A stretch of DNA of 64,000 bases from an uncultured Planctomycetales bacterium. Its GTDB lineage: Bacteria > Planctomycetota > Phycisphaerae > UBA1845 > Fen-1342. Made by a program: the position numbers and the translations under genes. The notes under the pieces were generated by a model. It was not told where the DNA came from and did no database searches. It saw only the letters and a program-made list of their open reading frames with translations. Each line of letters starts with the position of its first letter. Positions within the stretch are counted from its first letter, which is position 1. The DNA is taken from positions 2,539-66,538 of the forward strand of contig CAYMBL010000019.1 in assembly GCA_964388675.1 (NCBI GenBank), given 5' to 3'. Below are positions 28,640-39,129 of this stretch, piece by piece.

Positions 28640-28837
28640 GTCGGACCCGGCGCCCGGGTCGGTCTCTTCGAGCTCGTCGGCAGTGAGCGCTCGCGTGATC
28701 ACGTAGTCTCCCTGCAGCCAGCGCCCGAGGTCGGCCATCTGGCAGCGATCACAGCAGAAGCTGCGCTGTTGCGCGGCGACGCCGGTCGCCAGCTCTTTGC
28801 CGCACGTCACGCAACGCTCAACTTTCGATGCACTCAT
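28628..28837 (-). CDS. yacG: DNA gyrase inhibitor YacG-like zinc-finger protein
   Basis: GGGAG lies 9 nt upstream of the ATG. Motifs CVTCGK...FCCDRCQMADLGRWL; the 4-Cys zinc ribbon and acidic tail are typical of YacG. Confidence 0.6.
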   Translation of the reverse strand: MSASKVERCVTCGKELATGVAAQQRSFCCDRCQMADLGRWLQGDYVITRALTADELEETDPGAGSDLRS

Positions 28838-28947
28838 CGCGCAAGGCTCCCAGCATTCCGCCCCGGAAACAGACGAGGCCGACACCGTGCATGCCACGGC
28901 GCCGGCCTCGCGTTACGCGTTCGTCACCCGCGCAGCCGGGCGCGCCG

Positions 28948-29736
28948 TTACTCGCGCGCCAGCGCGAAAATCTCGGCCATTTCGGCCGGAATCACGATCG
29001 TGGCCTCGCCGTCCGCGGGCATGCCGGTGTTCGGCGCGACGAGCGGCGGCATCTTGGCCGCGATGATCTGCACGCGACGATTCGCCGCCTTGCCGGGGCG
29101 CGACGCGTTGCTGGTCTTGGGGTGGTGCTCGCCGGCGCCCGCCGCCAGCAGCCGACCCGGCTCCATGCCCAGCTTGTAGAACTCGCGCACGACGGTCATC
29201 GCGCGATTCGCGCTGAGGTCGAGATTGTCCTTCCAGAGCTTCGCGGACAGCTTGATCGGGTCGGAGTCGGTGTGCCCGACGACCCAGATCTCGCGATCGC
29301 CGAAGCGCGAGCGGATGTCGCCCACGACGCGCTGCAGCACCGAGCGCCCTGAGCCCTTCAGGTCTGCCTTGCCCGAATCAAAGAGCACTTCGTCGCTGAT
29401 GTCGACCCAGGCGATGTTCTCATTGCCGACCCAGCCCGGCGGCAGATTGCTCACCGGCTGCTGAACGACCTGCGCCGGCCGGCTGTTCGCCAGCGCCAAG
29501 TCGTTCTGCAGACGATTTACCTGATCCTGCAGCTCGAGCGCGCGACGGCGCGCCGCCTCCAGCTCCGACTGGCACGCGAGCAACCGCGATTCCCAGTCCG
29601 CCTTCTCGCGCTTCAAGGCGGCGTTCTCCTCCTGAAGCGCCTGGATTTGCAGGTCCTTCGCATCGGAGCAACCGATCGCGAACAGCAAGGTGCCAAGACC
29701 TACCAATCCGCCCGACCATCTCGCCTTCTGCCACAT
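28948..29736 (-). CDS. OmpA-family lipoprotein with a coiled-coil linker
   Basis: Lipobox LLFAIGC. Coiled coil QALQEENAALKREKADWESRLLACQSELEAARRRALELQDQVNRLQ. OmpA_C motifs VVGHTDSD and NLDLSANRA. Confidence 0.75.
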   Translation of the reverse strand: MWQKARWSGGLVGLGTLLFAIGCSDAKDLQIQALQEENAALKREKADWESRLLACQSELEAARRRALELQDQVNRLQNDLALANSRPAQVVQQPVSNLPPGWVGNENIAWVDISDEVLFDSGKADLKGSGRSVLQRVVGDIRSRFGDREIWVVGHTDSDPIKLSAKLWKDNLDLSANRAMTVVREFYKLGMEPGRLLAAGAGEHHPKTSNASRPGKAANRRVQIIAAKMPPLVAPNTGMPADGEATIVIPAEMAEIFALARE

Positions 29737-29986
29737 GCCTTGCACTCCCTGATCTGCGTGGATCCCGCGTGCGGCGCAGCGACTCGACAGGCATCCGTGC
29801 CCGGGGCGCTGCCCGATGTCACCGTTAAAGATACGCCGGATAAGAAGACACGCAAGCGCGGCCAGCGTTGACGCCCGCAGGGCCGGCCGATAGTTTTCGT
29901 CGGGCGGCGGCGCGACCGTGATTGCACCGCCGACGGTTCCGGCTGCGCGGACGCCCGCCGAGCGGGCGCGATCGCGGGGAGGCGCC

Positions 29987-31375
29987 ATGGATCTTCGACG
30001 CTTGCGGGCAGTCGTACTGCTGTGGATTTGCGGCGCCGGCACTGCCCTCGCTCAACCGGACTTCGTTGCCAACGAGGCGCTCGCCTCGCTCGACCTCCGC
30101 AAGTTCTGGCAGCTTCAGTTGCCGCTGCTGACCGGGCAAACGGTCGCGGATGCGTTCCTCGTCGACGACCAGCTCTACTTGACCACGCCCGACGGCTACG
30201 CATATGCGGTGCACGCGCCGACCGGCACGCTGCGCTGGAGCAAGCAGGTTACGCCCGCGGGCTACCGCCTGAAGCAACCCGGCCACAGCGGCGACCTGAC
30301 GATCTTCGCGACTCCTTCGCAGATCCTGCAGTTTGATCGTCTCTACGGCACCCGCACGCGTGCCGCTGATCTGCGCTTTCCCGCAGGCTCGGCGCCTACC
30401 GTCAGCGAAGGTCGCATCTATCTCGCGGGAATTGATCGCCGCGTCTACGCCTTCGAAATCACCGATAATTTCCCCTTCTGGAAGGGACTCACCGGCGGCC
30501 CGAACGAATCGAAGCCGCTCGTCGTCGGCGATCGCGTCTATTTCGCGAGCACCGACGGTTACGTCTATTGCCTGCGCAGCGCCGATCACTCGCTGATCTG
30601 GCGTTCGCGGCCGCGCATGGGCTCTGTAACCGCCGACCTCGCGGTTGACGCGGAAGGCGTCTACGCCGCCAGCCGCGACCGTTCGCTCTATCAGCTCGAG
30701 CTCGGCACGGGCGTCGCTCGGTGGCGCGCGAGAACGAGCGCCTCGCTGTATGAGCCGCCCTATGTCGCGACCGGCCGCGTCTATCAGTACAACGAGGTCG
30801 ACGGCTTGATCGCCCTTGATACGGCGGTGCTCGGCGTCGAGGAACGAACAAAGTGGACGCTGACGGCCGGCCGGCGCGTGCTGTCGCAGGTCGGAGATGA
30901 GCTGCTCGTTCAGGCGCGCGACCAGCGCCTGCTGCGCGTCGACGCGGAAAGCGGCGAGATCCAGGCCGCGGCCGGCATCCCCGGATTCACTCTGGGAGTG
31001 TCCGTGACGGGCGACGCGGTTGCGTACGTCGCTTCCCCTGACGGTCGCGTGTTGTGCGTACGGCCGACCGACGTGCCATTTGCCAAAGCCGACGAAGTGC
31101 GGCACGCGTTCTATTCGGACAAGCCGAAGACAGTGGCCGCCGTGACGGATGAAAAGCCGGTTGTAGCGCCGAAGACGCCGAGCGTCAGCGATGTGCTGAC
31201 GTCGAAGCTCGGCCGGGCGCCGATTGGCGGGAAATCGAAGGTGTCGCGCGAGTTTGGTGGCGCAGGGGCTCCTGCGCCCGCGCCAGTCCCAAGTTCGCAG
31301 CCCGCGGCGGAGGAAGCGCCGGAATCGAGCGACGAGCCGGCCGAACCGGCGCAAGAGGACGGCGAGACGCCGTAG
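29987..31375 (+). CDS. PQQ-like beta-propeller repeat protein (BamB-like)
   Basis: GGGGAGG lies 6 nt upstream of the ATG. Signal peptide present. Repeated blade motifs (YLTTPDGYAYAVHAPTGTLRW, VYFASTDGYVYCLRSADHSLIW, VYAASRDRSLYQLELGTGVARW). Acidic tail. Confidence 0.6.
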   Translation: MDLRRLRAVVLLWICGAGTALAQPDFVANEALASLDLRKFWQLQLPLLTGQTVADAFLVDDQLYLTTPDGYAYAVHAPTGTLRWSKQVTPAGYRLKQPGHSGDLTIFATPSQILQFDRLYGTRTRAADLRFPAGSAPTVSEGRIYLAGIDRRVYAFEITDNFPFWKGLTGGPNESKPLVVGDRVYFASTDGYVYCLRSADHSLIWRSRPRMGSVTADLAVDAEGVYAASRDRSLYQLELGTGVARWRARTSASLYEPPYVATGRVYQYNEVDGLIALDTAVLGVEERTKWTLTAGRRVLSQVGDELLVQARDQRLLRVDAESGEIQAAAGIPGFTLGVSVTGDAVAYVASPDGRVLCVRPTDVPFAKADEVRHAFYSDKPKTVAAVTDEKPVVAPKTPSVSDVLTSKLGRAPIGGKSKVSREFGGAGAPAPAPVPSSQPAAEEAPESSDEPAEPAQEDGETP

Positions 31376-31448
31376 CAGCGCTCCGACCGTTTCGAGCGCA
31401 GGCGAGACGCGCTAGCCTACGGAAGTCTTCGTCGGGCTCGATGGCCGC

Positions 31449-32552
31449 TCACGGCAGCGGTGGTGGCACGTTCGCAAATAGCGGCTGCAATTCTGACACA
31501 CCGCCGGCCGCGCTCCAGCTTTGCATCCCGGGTCGCCACACGAGCGCATCCTGCTTCAGTTCGCCCGCCTGCACTTTTCGCTGCAGCGCCGGCAGATCAA
31601 AGGGCCCGGTCTGCTGATTGTTCACCGCCACCCAGAACTGCACCGCTCCCGGCAGCGGCGGCGGTGCGTGAGCGCCTGCCGCGCCCGCGGCCGATGCACC
31701 CTGCAGCGCGCCGGCCATCTGTCCGCCGATGGCGAAACCCATGCCCGCGCCAAGCCCCGCGGCAGCGGTGCCGCCGGGGTTCGCCGCGGCGTCGCGCAAC
31801 GCCTCAGCCGCTTGAAACTGCGTGTACTTCGATAGATCGCCGATGACGCCCATGCTCGTGCGCTTGTCGAGCGCCTGCTCGACTTCCGGCGGCAGTGAAA
31901 TGTTCTCGACAAGCAGCTTTGAAAGCTCGATTCCCCACTTGGCGCATTCCGGCGTCAGGCGGTCGGTCACGAACTTGCCAAGCTCATCGTAGTTCGCGCA
32001 CAGGTCGAGCACGGGAATCTTGCTCTCGCCGAGGATGTCCGTGAAGCGCGACACGATCATGTTCCGAAGCTGCTCGGAGATGTCCGACGCCGTGAACTGA
32101 TCGTTCGTGCCGACGATTTCGCGAATGAACGCGCCGGGATCGGTCACGCGAATCACATAGGTGCCGAAGGCGCGCAAGCGCGTGGGGCCGAACTCCGGAT
32201 CGCGCAGCATGACGGGGTTCTTGGTCCCCCATTTCAGGTCGGTGAACTGCCGCGTGCTGACGTAATAGACCTCGGCCTTGAACGGGCTGTCGAAGCCGTA
32301 CTTCCAGCCCATCAGCGTCGAGAGTACGGGCAGGTTCTTGGTCTCGAGCGTGTACGTGCCGGGACCAAAGACGTCTGCCAGCCGCCCCTCGTTGATGAAC
32401 GCGGCGGCCTGTCCTTCGCGCACGATCAGTTTCGCGCCGTACTTTATCTCGTTGTTGTAGCGTTCGAAGCGGTGCACCATCGTGTCGTGGCTGCTGTCGA
32501 GCCACTCGATGATGTCGATCAGTTCGCCGCGCAATTTGTCCCACAGGCCCAT
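31449..32552 (-). CDS. SPFH/band-7 domain protein with a C-terminal GYF-like domain
   Basis: N-terminus MGLWDKLRGELIDIIEW.. resembles the Band_7_1 family. Gly/Ala-rich linker. C-terminal domain WVAVNNQQTGPFDLPALQRKVQAGEL is DUF4339/GYF-like. Confidence 0.6.
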   Translation of the reverse strand: MGLWDKLRGELIDIIEWLDSSHDTMVHRFERYNNEIKYGAKLIVREGQAAAFINEGRLADVFGPGTYTLETKNLPVLSTLMGWKYGFDSPFKAEVYYVSTRQFTDLKWGTKNPVMLRDPEFGPTRLRAFGTYVIRVTDPGAFIREIVGTNDQFTASDISEQLRNMIVSRFTDILGESKIPVLDLCANYDELGKFVTDRLTPECAKWGIELSKLLVENISLPPEVEQALDKRTSMGVIGDLSKYTQFQAAEALRDAAANPGGTAAAGLGAGMGFAIGGQMAGALQGASAAGAAGAHAPPPLPGAVQFWVAVNNQQTGPFDLPALQRKVQAGELKQDALVWRPGMQSWSAAGGVSELQPLFANVPPPLP

Positions 32553-32649
32553 GACATGCTCCCGTTGGCTGCGGCCGGCTCGGCCGCCTTTCCAATCCTA
32601 TCGGAGACCGCCGGCCGAATTCGAGGTCGCAAAGCGCCCGCGGCGGTCG

Positions 32650-33771
32650 TCAATCGTCGTCCGGCCCCACCTGCACCTGCGTCACCACCATGAAATGGTC
32701 GGACAGGTGCTTCTTGAACGCTTCGGCGTCCATCTGGCGGGCGGACAAGTACTCCTCGCGCACAACTTCGAACTCCCGCCGCGCAAACTCCGGCTGCGCC
32801 GCGGGCACGAAGCCGCGATCGAGCGCCCCGTAGCGCCAGTGGGTCGAGGCGTCCGACGCGTTCAGATCGACGAACCCCGCCCCGGCCAGCGCCGCCGGCG
32901 CCGGCTCCCGCGCGTTGGAGCAATTGAAATCGCCGATGATGATTACATCTGGGTCGACCGCGGCCGCCGGCAGCGCCGTGAGCAGAAATTCCGCTTCCTT
33001 GGCGCGGTGCGTCGCGAAGTCGCCGCCGCGATTGCTCTTCAGATGCACCGGCACAACAACGAAATCCGTTTGTGCGTCCCCCGCGCGAAAGGTGACGGCG
33101 TGAGGCGTGCGTGACAGATAAATCTCACCCGTTTCGCCGCGCTCGTCCGGCGCGCACACGACGCGCGCGGCGCCGATTCGCTGCACGCGCGTGGCGTCCC
33201 AGGCGATGCCCAGGTTCTGGTTGCGGCCGGTGCGCGCGGGAAACAGTTCGTGCTCCCACGTTCCGCCGCCCTTTTCCTTCACAATTTCAAACACGCGGTC
33301 GAGGATCGCGCTGCGCAGCGGCGGCTCTTCGTTCGTGGCGGCAATTTCGGCCAGGCCCAGCACGTCAACGCCGGCGCTGAGCACGTAGTCTGCAAGCACC
33401 TCAGGGAACTGAGCAAACTCGCGCGCCGGTCCCGAGCGGTTCTCGGGTGAGCCCAGCCACTCGATGTTCCACGCTCCAACGCGCACGACGTCCGCCGATT
33501 TCGGTCGCGCCTGAAACAGCAGCGGCGGCTTGCGGTTGACTTCGAGCGAAGCCGGATCGATAGCCGCAGCCGGACCGGATGCCGGTCGCGACGCGGAAGA
33601 AGCCGGCCGGCTCGCAATCGGCGTCGGGCCGCGCGTCGGCGCGGGGTCGCAGCCGGTCGCCGCCAGCGCCATACAGAGCGCCAGCCAACCGAATCGCCTC
33701 GCGGGCTGTCGCGCCGCGCCGCGACCCCTCACCCGTGCTCGACCGATCGCCGAAGAAACCCGCATTCGCAT
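32650..33771 (-). CDS. Endonuclease/exonuclease/phosphatase (EEP) family lipoprotein
   Basis: Lipobox LAATGC. EEP motifs GAWNIEWLG, VLGLAEI and IIIGDFNCS. The start could be any of three clustered ATGs (33792, 33771 or 33765). Confidence 0.7.
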   Translation of the reverse strand: MRMRVSSAIGRARVRGRGAARQPARRFGWLALCMALAATGCDPAPTRGPTPIASRPASSASRPASGPAAAIDPASLEVNRKPPLLFQARPKSADVVRVGAWNIEWLGSPENRSGPAREFAQFPEVLADYVLSAGVDVLGLAEIAATNEEPPLRSAILDRVFEIVKEKGGGTWEHELFPARTGRNQNLGIAWDATRVQRIGAARVVCAPDERGETGEIYLSRTPHAVTFRAGDAQTDFVVVPVHLKSNRGGDFATHRAKEAEFLLTALPAAAVDPDVIIIGDFNCSNAREPAPAALAGAGFVDLNASDASTHWRYGALDRGFVPAAQPEFARREFEVVREEYLSARQMDAEAFKKHLSDHFMVVTQVQVGPDDD

Positions 33772-33840
33772 GCTCCCACGCAGGCGCGGCATGCCCGCCG
33801 CGTTCGTTGACACTCGGAATGACGTCGGTATCCTAGCTCT

Positions 33841-35316
33841 ATGTTGGACGGTCTGCACGAATCGAAGATTCTCGGTCAGGCATTCACCTACGATGACGTG
33901 CTGCTCGTGCCGGATCGCGCGAGTTTTCATCCGCGCGACATCGACATCAGCACTCAGCTCACGCGCGACATTCGTCTCAACATTCCGCTGGTGTCGGCGC
34001 CAATGGATACCGTCACCGAAAGCACGCTCGCCATCGCGCTGGCCCAGGAAGGCGGCCTCGGCGTCATTCACCGCAATCTGCCGGTCGACGCCCAGGTCCG
34101 CGAGGTGCGCAAGGTAAAGCGTTCCGAGAGCGGCGTGATCATCGATCCGGTCACGCTCCGCCCCGAGGAGCCGCTCGAACGCGCCCAGACCGTGATGCGG
34201 CTGCAGAACGTCAGCGGCATTCCCATCACGCGCGCCGATGGGGCGCTGGTCGGCATTCTCACACGCCGCGATCTGAAGTTTACCGACCCCAGCGCGCGAA
34301 CGGTCGCGGACGTCATGACCAAGAGCGACCTGGTCACGGCTCCGCCACAGACCACGCTCGATCAGGCCGAAGCGATTCTGAAACGAGCGCGTGTCGAGAA
34401 GCTGCTGCTCGTCGACGATCGCGGCAAGCTGGCCGGACTGATCACGATGCGCGACATTGATCGCTCGCGAGACCACCAGATGCGCTGCGCCGATGCCCGC
34501 GGTCGGCTGCGCGTCGGCGCAGCGATCGGACCGCACGACTACGAACGCGCCGAGCAGTTGATCGCGGCCGACGTCGACTTGCTCGTCGTCGATACGGCTC
34601 ACGGCCACAGCGACGCCGTCATCGAAACCGTCAAAGCGCTGCGCAGCCGCCAGTCGATTCAGATCATCGCGGGGAACATCGTCACGGCGAAAGCGGCGCG
34701 CGATCTGATCGCCGCGGGCGCAGATGCGGTGAAAGTCGGCATCGGCCCGGGCGCGATTTGCACCACGCGCGTCGTAACCGGCGCGGGCGTGCCACAGATC
34801 ACCGCGATCCTCGACGTGGCCTCCGCCTCCGACGTTCCGGTCATCGCCGACGGCGGCATTCGTTTCAGCGGCGACGTGACGAAGGCCCTGGCGGCCGGCG
34901 CCGACGCCGTGATGCTCGGCTCGCTTTTCGCGGGCATGGATGAATCGCCGGGACAGTTGGTCATCTGGAAGGGCCGGCGTTACAAGGAATACCGCGGCAT
35001 GGGCTCGATCGGCGCGATGCAGGCCGGTTCGGCCGACCGCTACGGCCAGAATGCTGACCAGCCGCGAAAAATGGTGCCCGAAGGCGTCGAAGGCCGGGTC
35101 CCCTACCGCGGACCGCTCGGCGAGTACGTGCATCAGATCGTCGGCGGACTGCGCCAGGGCATGGGGTACTGCGGCTGTCGCACCATTCCCGATCTGCACG
35201 AGCGGGCGCGATTCGTCCGGGTCACGGCGGCCGGGGTGGTGGAGTCGCATCCGCACGACATTCAGGTTACAAAAGAGCCTACGAACTATGCGGTCCTCAA
35301 CGCGACCGAGGAGTGA
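33841..35316 (+). CDS. guaB: IMP dehydrogenase
   Basis: Active-site loop [16 protein letters not shown]; about 490 aa, with the CBS-domain pair in the expected position. Confidence 0.9.
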   Translation: MLDGLHESKILGQAFTYDDVLLVPDRASFHPRDIDISTQLTRDIRLNIPLVSAPMDTVTESTLAIALAQEGGLGVIHRNLPVDAQVREVRKVKRSESGVIIDPVTLRPEEPLERAQTVMRLQNVSGIPITRADGALVGILTRRDLKFTDPSARTVADVMTKSDLVTAPPQTTLDQAEAILKRARVEKLLLVDDRGKLAGLITMRDIDRSRDHQMRCADARGRLRVGAAIGPHDYERAEQLIAADVDLLVVDTAHGHSDAVIETVKALRSRQSIQIIAGNIVTAKAARDLIAAGADAVKVGIGPGAICTTRVVTGAGVPQITAILDVASASDVPVIADGGIRFSGDVTKALAAGADAVMLGSLFAGMDESPGQLVIWKGRRYKEYRGMGSIGAMQAGSADRYGQNADQPRKMVPEGVEGRVPYRGPLGEYVHQIVGGLRQGMGYCGCRTIPDLHERARFVRVTAAGVVESHPHDIQVTKEPTNYAVLNATEE

Positions 35317-35320
35317 CGCC

Positions 35321-35998
35321 ATGAACGCCACGGATCGGCTGGCCATGTCAGCGCTGGGTACGACGACGGTTGTGCTCGCCGCGCTGCTCGCAGGCTGCTC
35401 GAAAAACGAAGGCATGTCGCTGCTGCCGGACCAGTGGAACGAGAACGGACCGGCCACCACCGCGGATTACGACACGCCGACCGCGAGCGTCGTCTTCGCG
35501 ACCCGCGCGCCGGCCCCGTCGCGCTCGCGACCGTGGAACGGCATGCACGCACACCCGGACCTGACGCCCGCCACGCACTGGCCGCTCTATTTCGAGGACC
35601 CGTTCGAGGACAAGGGCGCTGGCCGCGAGGGCCGCAACAAGTATCACACCGGCTGGGAAGACGTAGTCGCCACGCCCTACGGCCTGGCGCGATTCCTGCT
35701 CAACACCGCCGCGTTTCCGGTGAGCACGGCTGTCACGCCGCCGTGGACCGTGATGGAGAGCGACGGTCGCGTTTCGAAGCAACTGCTCGGGCCGGATCAC
35801 GATGCGGTCCCCGAGGGTGAGGAAGACTGGGGCGCGCAGCCCGTGAGCGCCGGCGCCGCCGACGTACCGCAGGCGCCCGCCGCTTCGCCGGGATCCGCCG
35901 CCACGCCGGCGCCGAATCCTGCTGCGACTCCGAATGCCGGTGCGTCGCCTGCGCGTGCGCCGGGCACGGACGGCGTGATGCAGCCCGTCAAGCCCTGA
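35321..35998 (+). CDS. Hypothetical lipoprotein
   Basis: GAGGAG lies 7 nt upstream of the ATG. Lipobox LLAGCS. Pro/Ala-rich C-terminal tail. Confidence 0.55.
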   Translation: MNATDRLAMSALGTTTVVLAALLAGCSKNEGMSLLPDQWNENGPATTADYDTPTASVVFATRAPAPSRSRPWNGMHAHPDLTPATHWPLYFEDPFEDKGAGREGRNKYHTGWEDVVATPYGLARFLLNTAAFPVSTAVTPPWTVMESDGRVSKQLLGPDHDAVPEGEEDWGAQPVSAGAADVPQAPAASPGSAATPAPNPAATPNAGASPARAPGTDGVMQPVKP

Positions 35999-36037
35999 CG
36001 CGGCGCAGCCGGCCTTCGCTCCGATACACTCCGACGC

Positions 36038-37339
36038 ATGCACCCATCGCGCGCACTGGCGTTCGCTCTGGTTTTCTGCGCCGGCGCGGCGGAAGCGCAA
36101 TCGCCGCCGGCCGCTGCCTCAGCGGCACGACGCCCCAACTTCGTTCTCATCGTGATCGACGACCTCGGGCCGGGTGCGCTCGGGTGCTACGGCGGCTCGT
36201 CGACGGCGACTCCGCGAATCGACGCGCTCGCCGGCCAGGGCCTGCGCTTTCGCACGTGCTGGGCCACGCCGGCCTGCGCTCCGTCGCGCGCCTTGCTGAT
36301 GACCGGTCGCTACGGATTTCGCACCGGCTTTGACCGTCAGGTGCGCGACGTCATCGAACGCGGCCTCGATCCGCGACACCTCACAATCGCTGAGGTCCTG
36401 CATCGCGCCGGATACGCCACCGGCCTGTTCGGCAAATGGCACCTGGCGCGATTCGACGCCTCGCCGCGCACGATCCTGGACCACGGTTTCGACGAGTATC
36501 TCGCCTGGACCCAGCACGACCTTGCGACCGACGCCGGCGCCGACGGCCGTCGGCGATTCTGGAAGCCCGCGCTTCGGCGAAATGGCGCGCCCGTTGCAAC
36601 GACCGACCAGGACTACGGCCCGGCGCTGCTGCTCGACGCCGCGCTCGATTTCATGCGGCGCAATCGCGAGCGCCCGTTCTTCCTGTACTTCCCGTCGGTT
36701 CTCGTGCATCGCCCGTACGAGGAAACGCCGGACCCCGCCGACCCCGCGCGGCGCAATCCGGCGAATCTCGAGAGCAGCCTGGCCTACCTCGATCACACCA
36801 TCGGTCGCCTGGCGGACGGGCTGACCGCGCTCGGCCTTCGCGATCACACCTGGATCGTCATCACCAGCGACAACGGCGGCATCGACGAAGGCAAATGGAC
36901 GGTGACCCGCGCCGGCGCGACGGTGCCGCTGATCGTCGCCGGCCCCGGCATCGACCGCCCCGGCCGCGCGAGCGATGCGCTGGTAGACCTCGCCGACGTG
37001 CTGCCGACCTTCGCCGAGCTTGCGGCCACGAACCTGCCGACGGACCACGCGATCGACGGTCGCAGCTTCGTTCCGGTGCTGCGCGGAGCCGACGCGCCGC
37101 GCGCCTGGTCGTACAGCGCGCTGGGCGACCAGTTCATGGTGCGCGATCGCGAGTGGATTCTCGAAGGCGACGGCTCGCTCTATCGCGTGCAGCCGCCCGC
37201 TGAGCCCGGCGGTCCGCCGCGCGTCGCACCTGCGGGCCGCGGTGAGCGTGCACGCGCCGCGCGTGCGGCGCTACTCGATATTGTTCAGAACCTGCGTCGC
37301 GGATCACAACCCGAAATACCCAGCGGATCACGCCCATGA
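36038..37339 (+). CDS. Sulfatase (arylsulfatase family)
   Basis: Signal peptide present. The formylglycine motif CAPSRALLMTGRY (C-x-P-x-R) is present, as is the N-terminal IVIDDLG. Confidence 0.85.
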   Translation: MHPSRALAFALVFCAGAAEAQSPPAAASAARRPNFVLIVIDDLGPGALGCYGGSSTATPRIDALAGQGLRFRTCWATPACAPSRALLMTGRYGFRTGFDRQVRDVIERGLDPRHLTIAEVLHRAGYATGLFGKWHLARFDASPRTILDHGFDEYLAWTQHDLATDAGADGRRRFWKPALRRNGAPVATTDQDYGPALLLDAALDFMRRNRERPFFLYFPSVLVHRPYEETPDPADPARRNPANLESSLAYLDHTIGRLADGLTALGLRDHTWIVITSDNGGIDEGKWTVTRAGATVPLIVAGPGIDRPGRASDALVDLADVLPTFAELAATNLPTDHAIDGRSFVPVLRGADAPRAWSYSALGDQFMVRDREWILEGDGSLYRVQPPAEPGGPPRVAPAGRGERARAARAALLDIVQNLRRGSQPEIPSGSRP

Positions 37340-38610
37340 CCCACGACGAAATCACACTGTCTCCGACACCGAGCGCTGACGAGACTTTCGACGACGCCGA
37401 CCACGAACGCCGCATGCGCGGTCGCCGCCGGCGCGTCGCGATCACGGTCGTCAGTCTGATGGTCGCGAGCGTCGGCCTCTACGGCGCATCACCGTGGCTG
37501 CTGCCGGCCTGGCTCGACGAAGGCCCGCTCGTGCAGCAGGCCACCGGCAACTCGGCCGTCCTCGTGTGGTACACGTCGCGACAGGCCGACTGCAGCCTCA
37601 CGGTCGCCGCGCCCGCCGGCGCACCGCAGCCGACCGTGCAGGTCTCGCACCGCGAGCTTCGCTGCCGCGCCGAGATCACCAATCTTCAGCCGGCGAGCGC
37701 CTATGCCTACCGCATCCTCGTCGGCGACCGCGACATCGGCGGCGGCACACTGAAAACCAACAAGCCGAGCGGCGCCCCCTTCTCGTTTCTCGTCTTCGGC
37801 GACAGCGGCAAGGGCACGACCGAGCAGTTTCGGCTCGCGGCGCAAATGACCGCGCTGGAACCCGATCTCGTCGTTCACACCGGCGATCTGATCTACAGCG
37901 GCGGCGAGCGCTACCGCTACAAGAGCCGCTTCTTCCGCCCGTACGCTGATCTCCTCGCGTCGGTCGCGTTCTGGCCGAGCCTGGGCAACCACGACGTTTC
38001 GGAACCTGATTTTGGTGATCCGTACCGCGAGGTCTTCGACCTGCCCGAAAACGGCCCCGCCGGCCAGACGCCGGAGAACCACTACTGGTTCGACTACGCC
38101 GACGCCCGTTTCCTCGTCATCGACAGCAATTGCTCGCAGGAATCGCTGACCGGCGCCGTCACGCCCTGGGCGCGCCAAGTGCTCGCCGCGCCGGGGCCGC
38201 GCTGGCGTTTCGCCGTGATGCATCATCCGCCCTACACCGCCGGCAAGCACCGGCCCGCGCTCGGCGTGCGCGAGGCGCTGGTCCCCGTGTTTGACGAAAC
38301 CGGCGTCGACGTCGCCTTCTTCGGCCACGACCACATGTACCAGCGCTCACATGCTCTGCGCGGCGGCGCGCCCGCCGAAGGCGGCACCGTGTACATCGTT
38401 ACCGGGGCTGGCGGCGCGGCGTTGTATGAAATCCGCCAGCCCGAGGTGCTCGGGCCCGTGATGGCGGTCGCGAACAACTCGGTGCACAGCTTCACCGTCG
38501 TGCGCGTCGCCGGGGATACGCTCGAGCTCGAGCAGATCGACCTCGAAGGGCGCTCGATCGACCGCTGGAGCATCACAAAGCCGAGCGCGACGCCGGCCGG
38601 CCCCGAATAG
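37336..38610 (+). CDS. Metallophosphoesterase (purple acid phosphatase-like)
   Basis: Calcineurin-type motifs VFGDSGKG, HTGDLIY, LGNHDV, MHHPPYT and FGHDHMYQR. ATGA overlap with the sulfatase. Confidence 0.8.
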   Translation: MTHDEITLSPTPSADETFDDADHERRMRGRRRRVAITVVSLMVASVGLYGASPWLLPAWLDEGPLVQQATGNSAVLVWYTSRQADCSLTVAAPAGAPQPTVQVSHRELRCRAEITNLQPASAYAYRILVGDRDIGGGTLKTNKPSGAPFSFLVFGDSGKGTTEQFRLAAQMTALEPDLVVHTGDLIYSGGERYRYKSRFFRPYADLLASVAFWPSLGNHDVSEPDFGDPYREVFDLPENGPAGQTPENHYWFDYADARFLVIDSNCSQESLTGAVTPWARQVLAAPGPRWRFAVMHHPPYTAGKHRPALGVREALVPVFDETGVDVAFFGHDHMYQRSHALRGGAPAEGGTVYIVTGAGGAALYEIRQPEVLGPVMAVANNSVHSFTVVRVAGDTLELEQIDLEGRSIDRWSITKPSATPAGPE

Positions 38611-38640
38611 CAGGCGGGCGCCGCGCGGCGGAGAACCGAC

Positions 38641-39129
38641 GTGATGAGACGCTTCCGCATCTGGATGTTCACGCTCGGCGATTCCAGCAATCAATGGCTG
38701 TTTCCTGAACTGCGCTATTACGACACGAGCGAGGACCGCGCGGACTTCTGGGCGACGACGTACCGCGCGTTCCTCAAACGACAGGGTTGGCCGTTCTTCG
38801 CGCGCCTCGTGTTGCTGTCCGCGATGATCCAATTGCCGTTCACGCTCGCAATGTGGCCGGCGCGTCCTTACCTGCAACCCTGGCTGGGAAGCATCGGGAC
38901 CACGGCGCTCAGCTCCGGTATCTCCGGCGCACTCTTCGGCGGTGCGTTCCTCTTCATCCTTCAGCGGAAGATGCGCATCGAGCTGCGTGTCGAACTGCGC
39001 AAACGCGGGTTCGAGCCTTGCATGCACTGCGGCTACGACCTGCGCGGCCTCGCCGCGGCTCGCTGTCCCGAATGCGGCCAAGCGCCGACGACCCCGCCGG
39101 CGCCGAAGCCGCCGGAGCGGGAGAAATGA
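38641..39129 (+). CDS. Membrane-anchored zinc-ribbon protein (paralog 1)
   Basis: Two TM helices, then CMHCGYDLRG...CPECG. Confidence 0.5.
   Translation: MMRRFRIWMFTLGDSSNQWLFPELRYYDTSEDRADFWATTYRAFLKRQGWPFFARLVLLSAMIQLPFTLAMWPARPYLQPWLGSIGTTALSSGISGALFGGAFLFILQRKMRIELRVELRKRGFEPCMHCGYDLRGLAAARCPECGQAPTTPPAPKPPEREK

Noticed and set aside
29825-31354. A 509-aa minus-strand ORF
   Set aside because: It is antisense to the PQQ beta-propeller gene, which has a signal peptide and repeated blade motifs. No motifs of its own.
32650-35460. A 936-aa minus-strand ORF spanning the guaB region
   Set aside because: Only the C-terminal 373 aa (EEP lipoprotein, 32650..33771) look like protein. The remainder is antisense to guaB (33841..35316), which has unmistakable IMPDH motifs.
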